A DNA stretch of 64,000 nucleotides from Emiliania huxleyi CCMP1516 (lineage: Eukaryota): assembly GCF_000372725.1 (NCBI RefSeq), contig NW_005202237.1:186001-250000 (forward strand), given 5' to 3'. Below, piece by piece: positions 11,714-21,723 of the stretch. The notes under the pieces are model-generated. The model searched no databases and was not told where the DNA came from. It saw only the letters and a list, made by a program, of their open reading frames with translations. The translations under genes were made by a program, and so were the position numbers. The first letter of the stretch is position 1; every line of letters begins with the position of its first letter.

Positions 11714-12170
11714 GCGCACCAGACCCACTTTGCGCCGCCGCCCTCAACGCCCGATACTCGGTTGAGCCGGCGGAGCGACGGCGGCAGAGTTGCGGCCGCC
11801 GGCGACCTCACACGGCGTCGAGCGCCGTAGAGACGGCCCCGAGAGCCGCCGCCAGGTGTGCCACGACCGCGGTCGCGAGGCTCGTGGCGATAGATGCGCC
11901 AGACCCGCTTGCGCCGCCGCCCTCAACGCCCGATTCTCGGTCAGAGCCGGCGGAGCGACGGCGGCGGAGTTGCGGCCGCCGGCGACCTCACACGGCGTCG
12001 AGCGCCGTAGAGACGGCCTCGAGAGCCGCCGCCAGGTGTGCCACGACCGCGGTCGCGAGGCTCGTGGCGATAGATGCGCCAGACCCGTCTTGCGCCGCCG
12101 CCCTCAACGCCCGATACTCGGTCAGAGCCGGCGGAGCGACGGCGGCGGAGTTGCGGCCGCCGGCGACCTT
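11714..12170. repeat. 180-bp tandem repeat, about 2.5 copies
   Basis: Sequence at 11821 recurs almost identically at 12001, and 11761 recurs at 11941 and 12121. Confidence 0.9.
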
Positions 12171-12724
12171 CCCCTCGACCACGCCGCCGACCCGTCGACA
12201 AGCACACGCGGACTGCCATCGAGAAGAAGGAGAAGGATGGCGGCGCATCCGGAGCCCGCGGGCGCAGCGGGCGCGGGTCCGGGCGCGGGCGGGCGCGCGG
12301 GAACCCCGCCAGCGGAGGCGACAATGCCTTCTGGGAGGCGGCTCTGCAGGCGGCGCGCGGCGCGCCCCTCGCCGGTCTCCCGCACGCTCCTGAGGGCCGA
12401 GAGGGCCGAGAGGCGGGGTCGGTGACCCGGGGGCATGGGCGGTGCGGCCCGCGCCGCGCGCGGGCGCGTGGCAGCCCGTGAGGGCCGAGATCGGGTCCGT
12501 ACTTCGACGTAGTATGGGCCCCCGGGGGCCCTCTACAGCAGCGGCGAAGTGAGCGTGTTTGTGGTGTTGGTGTGGCGTCTGAGCTTGGATCTGTGACTAA
12601 AGCCGGTTACCACTGATGGATCCCCACCCGAATAACACACAGTGAGCGCCCCAGCGCTTCACTACGCCCTCCGCGCGAAATCGCTAGTGGTGCTTTGTGG
12701 TAGTATATTGTACTTTTGAGTAGT

Positions 12725-14527
12725 ATGGGTACGGTTCCCGAGACCGGCGACAGCGGCGAGCCAACAATGTGGTTCTGGCAGATGACAGGTACGCGCTGGC
12801 CGGCACACGACAAAAGGGAGAGCCGCACGACCTTTAACACGGCCACGAAGGCTTGGCGTCGCCTGACCGCCTCCCAGGAGGAGCGGTCAGCAGAGACTGC
12901 GGCTCGCTACGATCGAGAAGATGCCAGGCTGGAGCTGGAGGCAGCAGAGGAGCTGCGCGTGGTTGAGGAGGAGCAGCGCGTGCTCGAGGAGAAGTGCAAG
13001 CAGGAGGCGCGCGAGCAGCAGCAGCAGCAGCGACGGCGCCGGGCCGAGGAGGCGGCCTCGCGCGTGCACGCCGCACGCAATCGTGTGCGCGAGCTGCCGA
13101 TGCGCCCACGTGATGCGTCGCCGCGGATCGCGCTGCTGGCCGCGCTGCGGGGCGTCACAGGGAACCGCCTGTGCGACTGGGCGTGGGTCGAATCGGATCC
13201 GATCGGATCGAGCCGCGTCCGTTATTCGGTGAGGGACTCATCGCCCCGGCTCGAGCTGCCTCTCGACGAGCCCGACGAGATGATGGCGCGGATCGTTGCC
13301 GCGTCGGGCAGCGACGAGCGGCCGCCGTGGGCAGACTGGTGGCCGTCGCCGAGCGAACTGGTCGGCAATCCGCTGCTGGCGGAGAGGGCTCGCGCCTGGA
13401 GCCTGGAGAGAGGGCGCTCGCCAGAGCCGGAGCCGCGCGCGACGACGTGGGCGCTGCAGCAGGTGATCGCCGCGCGACGCGGGTGGTGGCCTATCGCCGG
13501 GCAGAGCCGCCGTCTCTCAGAGACGTCGACCTCGACGCAGTGCTGTGCGGCCATCGGCCAGTGCCCCAATCCCGAGATGGAGTCGCTTACTGCCGAGATG
13601 GAGACGCTCCGGACCCAGGTGCCGGAGCCATTCCCAAGACCCTTCCCGGCCGCCGCGCTCGGACTTGCCGTGAGCACCTCTGTGGCATGGTGACACGTCC
13701 ATGGCCTTTCCCCGCAGGTGGCAGCGCTCCTTGCAGCTCCTGTTCCGACGGTCGCATATGGAATTTCAGAACCGAACATTCAAAATGTACAGACACCCAC
13801 AATGGACGGGGCGTTGGACTTCTCGCCGGGCCCCAACTACGAAGCGTCGAAACTCATCCTGGAAGGCATCACCCACTACGATGGGAAGCTTATGATCAGG
13901 GGGAAAGACGTCTCTGCGAGGGATCTGAGCATTGCGTTCAAGGATCTCCAGACAGTGTCCATCGGGATCGATATGGCCTTCGGGAATGGCGTGAATACGG
14001 GGATTACCTTTGCGCCAGGCGACGACGAAGTCGTCTTTCCGTCGCTACGACGCATCCACGAGCTCAACGTGCCTGGGTGCGGGAGGGCGACCTCGTGTTC
14101 CTTTCCCGCCCTGCAAAAGATCGACAAGACCTTCCATGCCATGGGAGACACCTGTGTGCGAATTGGGAGTCCTTGCAACACGTGGAAAAAGCTTTCCCTC
14201 CCTAGCCTCCAGTACGCGAGTAGAATTGGGCTGCGCAGCTGGCCGGCGTTGGAGGAGATCGACCTCAGCAGCCTTGTCGTCGTCGGCAGCGGGGGTTTCG
14301 ACATTGGAATGACGGTAGGCACGATGTCAGAGCTGACAACCATAACCATAAGCCCCAACTTCCTCCTGGCCAGGGAGTTTGTCAAGTTCCAACGGGTTCC
14401 GAAGCTCAACTGTAACAATGGAGCCAACACGGGGCTGAAGAACATGATCACCAAGTGCAAAGCGGCGAACCAGGCGGATTATACTTGGAATGCATGCACG
14501 GTCACTGGCAAACCGCCCGGCTGCTAG
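12725..14527 (+). CDS. Hypothetical protein with C-terminal receptor-L-domain/LRR-like repeats; 2 exons, start uncertain
   Basis: A phase-0 GT-AG intron at 13619-13717 joins ORF 12716 to ORF 13718-14527. Repeats FPSLRRI, FPALQKI, LPSLQYA and LSSLVVV, followed by a Cys-rich cap. Confidence 0.5.
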
Positions 14528-14689
14528 GCAGACTTTGGGGGGGGGGGGGGGGGCACTTGTTGATTCTCAGCCACACGAGGGGGCGACATGATGAGGCGTG
14601 TCTAGCACACTACAGTCTAGGAGATTAGGGTCTGTCGTTCGACCTCGACCTCGCCGCCTCCGCCACATTACCGCCTCTAGCGGGCCGGA

Positions 14690-14790
14690 TGCTCGGGGGG
14701 ACGGGCTGCGGGCTAGAGCGCCCTGACCCAGGGTGCGGGTGCGCGTTCGCAGGGAAGGGGACATAAAGTAAACACGGGTCTCCGAGGGGT
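14690..14790 (+). repeat. Dispersed repeat, related copy at ~58606-58685
   Basis: Both sites share gggctagag..ccct...gcgcgttcgcagggaa.gg...taaagtaaacacgggtctccgaggg. Confidence 0.75.
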
Positions 14791-15087
14791 CAACCACAGT
14801 GTACATACGGCTTAAAGAATCTCTTACGCTCTCCGAGGGACCATGTGGAAGACGGCTAGTGCTAGCCCCCCCGCATCGGGAGGACGACCCCGGCTAGCAC
14901 GCGACGGGCTGGCGATCCTCAACGGCGTCGCAGGAGGGCAGGCGGCCACCTTTCTGTGGAAGGACTCGACGCCACGCCTCCGCGCGTGATAGCGAGATCG
15001 GAAGAGGGCAGGCCAACGCTAATTGGACTCTCTCTCCCAGCCGGACGCCGGACGGACAGGGCGCGTCGGTCGGCGGCGCATGTGTGC

Positions 15088-18000
15088 ATTAAAACTCCTG
15101 GGCTCTCAATGCCTAGCCCGCCGTTCTGTCAGCCGCGGCCCGCATGTCCAGACAGTGCGGGCCTCGACGCCACACTAGGTCCATTGGGTTGAACCCTGGC
15201 TTGTCTCGAAGGTGAGGTATAGAGGGTCACATGGGGAATGCGAACTCGTCATGATGCGCGGCGACGGCGGCGTCGATATCTGTCGACGCCGCCGCCCCGC
15301 GCTCCAAAACGGTCGCGTACGCATATGCGCACAACTAGGTACGTGCCAACCCGCATGGGCCAGACACCGTCAAAGGTCCCTCTCCACTCCTCCTTGCACC
15401 ACACTGAAGCATATGCAGCTGATGTGAGCAAGGTCGCCTAAGCGGCCCCCCTCGCTGTGGGTTGCCGTAGTTGGACCAATGCCACGCGTTGTGGCGAAGA
15501 TGGCCTTATGCAGAGCCTGGCCGGGCCGTCTTCGGGCCCGGCCGCCCTAACAGTACGACGCATACGCGCCGCGACCGCTTCAAGTGTCGCCGCCGCCGCA
15601 AGGCGGACGGCGCCCGCCGCCCAGCCAACAGTGGCTAGGGCGGGGGAAGGGTGGATTCGAGCCGCCCGCACGCTCGTGCGGTAGGGAGGCTCGTGTAAAG
15701 CACGCCGTGCGCAAGCACAGGTGCGCGTTTGAAGCATTCGAGTCGCTGCAGCGAAGGCTGCTGTTTACTGGTTTGTGGCACGCCACGCATCTCGCGCGGT
15801 GAGTGCTGAGATACGCCCCGAGCACGATCGCCGGGGCGGCTGCATGACTAGAACGACCCGCGCCGTGGCACAGGTCGAGTAGAGAGGGCCGCACACGCGT
15901 CCTTGCGGGCGGCCCGTTGTGAAGGATCGAGCACACCGAAGCGAGGTGTGCTCGTGTTGCAAGTGTCGCCGCCGCCGCAAGGCGGACGGCACCCACCGCC
16001 CAGCCAACAGTGGCTAGGCCGGGGGAAGGGTGGATTCGAGCCGCCCGCACGCTCGTGTGGCCGGGAGGCTCGTGTAGAGCACGCCGTGCGCAAGCACAGG
16101 TGCGCGTTTGAAGCATTCGAGTCGCAGCAGCGAAGGCTGCTGTTTACTGGTTTGTGGCACGCCACGCGTCTCGCGCGGTGAGTGATGAGATACGCCCCGA
16201 GCACGATCGCCGGGGCGGCTGCATGACTAGAACGACCCGCGCCGTGGCACAGGTCGAGTAGAGAGGGCCGCACACGCGTCCTTGCGGGCGGCCCGTTGTG
16301 AAGGATCGAGCACACCGAAGCGAGGTGTGCTCGTGTTGCAAGTGTCGCCGCCGCCGCAAGGCGGACGGCGCCCACCGCCCAGCCAACAGTGGCTAGGGCG
16401 GGGAAAGGTGGATTCGAGCCGCCCGCACGCTCGTGCGGTAGGGAGGCTCGTGTAGAGCACGCCGTGCGCAAGCACAGGTGCGCGTTTGAAGCATTCGAGT
16501 CGCAGCAGCGGAGGCTGCTGCTTACTGGTTTGTGGCACGCCACGCGTCTCGCGCGGTGAGTGCTGAGATACGCCCCGAGCACGATCGCCGGGGCGGCTGC
16601 ATGACTAGAACGACCCGTGCCGTGGCACAGGTCGAGTAGAGAGGGCCGCACACGCGTCCTTGCGGGCGGCCCGTTGTGAAGGATCGAGCGCGCCGAAGCG
16701 AGGTGTGCTCGTGTTGCAAGTGTCGCCGCCGCAACAAGGCGGACGGCGCCCGCCGCCCAGCCAACAGTGGCTAGGGCGGGGAAAGGTGGATTCGAGCCGC
16801 CCGCACGCTCGTGTGGCCGGGAGGCTCGTGTAGAGCACGCCGTGCGCAAGCACAGGTGCGCGTTTGAAGCATTCAAGTCGCAGCAGCGAAGGCTGCTGCT
16901 TACTGGTTTGTGGCACGCCACGCGTCTCGCGCGGTGAGTGCTGAGATACGCCCCGAGCACGATCGCCGGGGCGGCTGCATGACTAGAACGACCCGCGCCG
17001 TGGCACAGGTCGAGTAGAGAGGGCCGCACACGCGTCCTTGCGGGCGGCCCGTTGTGAAGGGTCGAGCGCGCCGAAGCGAGGCGTGCTCGTGTTGCAAGTG
17101 TCGCCGCCGCCGCAAGGCGGACGGCGCCCGCCGCCCAGCCAACAGTGGCTAGGGCGGGGGAAGGGTGGATTCGAGCCGCCCGCACGCTCGTGCGGTAGGG
17201 AGGCTTGTGTAGAGCACGCCGTGCGCAAGCACAGGTGCGCGTTTGAAGCATTCGAGTCGCAGCAGCGAAGGCTGCTGCTTACTGGTTTGTGGCACGCCAC
17301 GCGTCTCGCGCGGTGAGTGCTGAGATACGCCCCGAGCACGATCGCCGGGGCGGCCGCATGACTAGAACGACCCGTGCCGTGGCACAGGTCGAGTAGAGAG
17401 GGCCGCACACGCGTCCTTGCGGGCGGCCCGTTGTGAAGGGTCGAGCGCGCCGAAGCGAGGCGTGCTCGTGTTGCAAGTGTCGCCGCCGCCGCAAGGCGGA
17501 CGGCGCCCGCCGCCCAGCCAACAGTGGCTAGGGCGGGGGAAGGGTGGATTCGAGCCGCCCGCACGCTCGTGCGGTAGGGAGGCTCGTGTAGAGCACGCCG
17601 TGCGCAAGCACAGGTGCGCGTTTGAAGCATTCGAGTCGCAGCAGCGGAGGCTGCTGCTTACTGGTTTGTGGCACGCCACGCGTCTCGCGCGGTGAGTGCT
17701 GAGATACGCCCCGAGCACGATCGCCGGGGCGGCTGCATGACTAAAGCGACCCGTGCCGTGGCACAGGTCGAGTAGAGAGGGCCGCACACGCGTCCTTGCG
17801 GGCGGCCCGTTGTGAAGGATCGAGCATACCGAAACGAGGTGTGCTCGTGTTGCAAGTGTCGCCGCCGCCGCCGGGGGAAAGGTGAATTCGAGCCGCCCGC
17901 ACGCTCGTGCGGTAGGGAGGCTCGCGTAGAGCACGCCGTGCGCAAGCACAGGTGCGCGTTTGAAGCATTCGAGTCGCAGCAGCGAAGGCTGCTGTTTACT

Positions 18001-20543
18001 GGTTTGTGGCACGCCACGCATCTCGCGCGGTGAGTGCTGAGATACGCCCCCAGCACGATCGCCGGGGCGGCTGCATGACTAGAACGACCCGTGCCGTGGC
18101 ACAGGCCGAGTAGAGAGGGCCGCACACGCGTCCTTGCGGGCGCCCGTTGCGAAGGATCGAGCGCGCCGAAGCGAGGTGTGCTCGTGTTGCAAGTGTCGCC
18201 GCCGCCGCAAGGCGGACGGCGCCCACCGCCCAGCCAACAGTGGCTAGGGCGGGGGAAGGGTGGATTCGAGCCGCCCGTACGCTCGTGCGGCCGGGGGGCT
18301 CGTGTAGAGCACGCCGTGCGCAAGCACAGGTGCGCGTTTGAAGCATTCGAGTCGCAGCAGCGAAGGCTGCTGCTTACTGGTTTGTGGCACGCCACGCGTC
18401 TCGCGCGGTGAGTGCTGAGATACGCCCCGAGCACGATCGCCGGGGCGGCTGCATGACTAGAACGACCCGTGCCGTGGCACAGGTCGAGTAGAGAGGGCCG
18501 CACACGCGTCCTTGCGGGCGGCCCGTTGTGAAGGATCGAGCGCGCCGAAGCGAGGCGTGCTCGTGTTGCAAGTGTCGCCGCCACCGCTGCACGCGGGCTG
18601 GGCTATCGCCTGCAGGATGAGGCTAAAAGAGGCATAGTTCTCCGCGTAGAGCACATAGCAAAAGGACTCCCAATCTAAGCAAAGCCAGTTGCTCCATCCG
18701 GATGACGCATCAGAACTGAGAAATTTCCGTTGACAGAGAGCTGCTCGGTGTGACGACGTGTGGTGTCCATCCCAAATGCGCCGCTGGCGCACTGTGGGGC
18801 GGGGGGGGAGGTCAAAGCGAGTCGCCCAGGCTCCCTGCTGGGCGGCTCGCGTCGTGTTTGTAACGGTTCGAAGAAGCTCTTTGTTCACGGTTGCACCGTG
18901 AACAGGAGATTGGTCGAGGCTATGCACAAGCGATGCGCGTAGACTCCGTGTGGCTCTGGGCTGCAGCCTGTTAGAGAGCCGAGTCGCTTTAATAGCACGG
19001 CCGGGCACGGTCGTACCTCGCGTGCCCTCTGTGCGAATTAAAACTCCTGGGCTCTCAATGCCTAGCCCGCCGTTCTGTCAGCCGCGGCCCGCATGTCCAG
19101 ACAGTGCGGGCCTCGACGCCACACTAGGTCCATTGGGTTGAACCCTGGCTTGTCTCGAAGGTGAGGTATAGAGGGTCACATGGGGAATGCGAACTCGTCA
19201 TGATGCGCGGCGACGGCGGCGTCGATATCTGTCGACGCCGCCGCCCCACTTGTCTTCCTTCTCGGAAAGTTCGCGACCGAGTCTCTAGACTCGCTCGCGC
19301 GGCGCGCATTGACATATTGACTGTGCGCATCCCCATGTCGAGCGCAGCTCGAAGTGCCGGCTGGCCTCTTCTTGAGTGCCCTGACGATTTGTGGTCATCC
19401 CGACTACGGAATAACACGTGTTCTGTCGCCCCGTTCCGGAGGAATGCCGACAGGAGTGATTTGTTACTTGTGCAATCCGTGCAGGCACACACCCTCACAG
19501 ACTGCACTACGCCGCGAGGGTTCTTGCTGACCTCACGCCGTTAAGATAGCTGCGTGCGCTGGCACTCAGACAAGACACAACCAGGACACCCCTCTCCCGG
19601 GGGGCCGCTGGCGTCCGGGTCCCCAAAACAGCCCGAGGGCCGTGTTGGTGCTTCCACTAGTGCAGTTCGAGTGCAGTGCGCCTCACAGGCTGACACCGCA
19701 CACCGTCTCGAACTGTCCTCGACGCCGCCAGTGGCGGGCCGACGGCAGGGTAGGGGCCGCAGGCCGTGCTTCGGGGCGCAGGCTCTACTGCTCATTCATG
19801 GCTCCGCACTCCGCTCCGCGCGGCGTGTTGAGTATGGCTCACACCAGCAGCCAGACGGCTGCTGGTGGATGCTCGCGCTCCCCTCGCGCCGTCCTTGGCA
19901 CGAGAGGGCGGGTTGATTTGCGAGTGCACCACGCAATGCCAGCTGGCCCTGCGGGTGCACTTCGCCCATGGCCGTGTGCTCATCTGGCGGCACTGCTTGC
20001 TGCATGGCCATGTAAAGACGCCATTTTTGCACGGTGCTTTGCGCAAAGCATTACGTATGGGGCCACCTGCGGCTGGGGCGGTCCTCGCATTCCAGCTGGC
20101 GTGGACGACTGCTGTCCTCCTGTTGGCTGCTGGCTCCTCGTTCGAAGCTGAGCAGGCTGGTCCTCGCTGCAAAGCCTGCGGTTTGCATGTCTTGGACTGG
20201 CGGCGCGGTGCTGCACGCACTGCGGCGCGGATCCGTTTGGCCCATTGCGCCCGTCCGTAGGACGGGCGCGGTCGGTCGTGGCCTGGCGGCGGCACTCGCC
20301 TCCGGCCTGGCCAGCGTCAAAGCGAGTCGCCCAGGCTCCCTGCTGGGCGGCTCGCGTCGTGTTTGTAACGGTTCGAAGAAGCTCTTTGTTCACGGTTGCA
20401 CCGTGAACAGGAGATTGGTCGAGGCTATGCACAAGCGATGCGCGTAGACTCCGTGTGGCTCTGGGCTGCAGCCTGTTAGAGAGCCGAGTCGCTTTAATAG
20501 CACGGCCGGGCACGGTCGTACCTCGCGTGCCCTCTGTGCGAAT
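15088..20543. mobile_element. Non-autonomous split-direct-repeat element (TOC1/PAT-like tyrosine-recombinase retrotransposon architecture)
   Basis: A1 15088-15298 matches A2 19037-19247 (211 bp). B1 18811-19036 matches B2 20316-20541 (226 bp). Order is A1-array-B1A2-spacer-B2. No target-site duplication and no recognisable ORF. Confidence 0.75.
15581..18582. repeat. Tandem array of 8 units of ~379 bp
   Basis: Unit start caagtgtcgccgcc at 15581, 15960, 16339, 16717, 17095, 17474, 17853, 18190 and 18569. The unit starting at 17853 is about 42 bp shorter. Confidence 0.97.
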
Positions 20544-20761
20544 AAAATCGCATTTGTGTAGGTGTTGGCGTATAAGCGCATGCTGGTGCGTCGCGTGGCG
20601 CTCATAAAACGAGAGAGAAAGAAGGTTGGCGTGCAGGGGTTTCTTTTTACAGATTTTCCGGCGCGACGGTTACGTGTTGCTGTTGCGTGTTGGCCGACAC
20701 ACGCCGGGGCGACGTACGGCCCAGCCTGCGCGACGGTCACGACGGGCCGGGTCTTAACGCT

Positions 20762-21411
20762 ATGATGGCAAAGGGCGGGAGCTCTTTGGAAATTGTGCAG
20801 GATGCCATTCACCAGCGCTTTGTCGACATGCGCCGTGCGTTCCAGAACATCGACCTCGACGGCAATGGCAGGCTCTCGGAGGCACAGGTCCGTGGAGCGT
20901 TGGACAACTGGAACGCGCCACTCGAGGACAAGCAAATCGCGGCCCTTTTCCGCGCTTGCGATCCCGACCAAGACGGCCAGATTGACTACAAAGAGTTTGT
21001 GGCCGCACTGGCACGCGATACTGTTGCGCCCGAGGTGATGGCGCAGAGATGCCAGCCCAAGGTCATGGAGACGCACAGACGCCCGAAGAGATGGCAGCAG
21101 CGAGGGCGGCGGCGGGGATTGCGGCTGTCCGTCCTCCAGAGAGGGACGTCGAGCGCTACCGAAGGCAGAACTTTGACGAGCTGCCTGGCCAGAGATGCAA
21201 AGGACCTCTCGAGGCACGGCTGGGCGATCCAAAATGCGGAGGACTCGCGAGGCCCGCGACCGCGTATGAGATCTTCTTTGGCGACCGAAAAGAGGACTCG
21301 CCCTCCTCCGTCGCGTTCCGGGACGCGCGCGCGAAGGCCGATGCACTGAGGGCGAATAGTGAGGACCCGTTCAAGATGGTCAGGGAGCTCGAGGCCCTGC
21401 ATCGACATTGA
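20762..21411 (+). CDS. EF-hand calcium-binding protein; possible frameshift near 21030-21050
   Basis: EF loops DLDGNGRLSEAQ and DPDQDGQIDYKEF. The more protein-like C-terminal sequence continues in another frame (21049-21411). Confidence 0.7.
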
Positions 21412-21723
21412 CTGTGCAACCGTACTGCAATCTGTTTTATTGAAAGTAGTTAACAAACAAACGCAACGCACGCATCAACGGGTGAGGAGCGGCTCCTCTC
21501 GGATTCTCCATCCTGAGATCTCCTCTCGTCTTGGCACTTGGGGTTGGCGTGGTGAAACAGAGAGGCCTCCAGGTGGGGTTATGTGAATCTCATAGACCAG
21601 CGCGCAGCGCCATATGACGTATTTTCTTCTCAAAATATAACAAGGTGTGTGAACGCAATGGTGAAAAAGTTAGAGGATGGTAGCTAGCGCAAATAAAGAA
21701 AACACATTCCCCCGGTGCAAGAT

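Noticed and set aside
15581..18582. CRISPR-like array
   Set aside because: Units are contiguous 379-bp near-identical repeats with no unique spacers, there are no cas genes, and the context is eukaryotic.
15438..18592. Long ORFs (up to 467 aa) in the tandem array
   Set aside because: Frames shift between units (378/379 bp) and no domain motif is present; these are products of GC-rich repeats.
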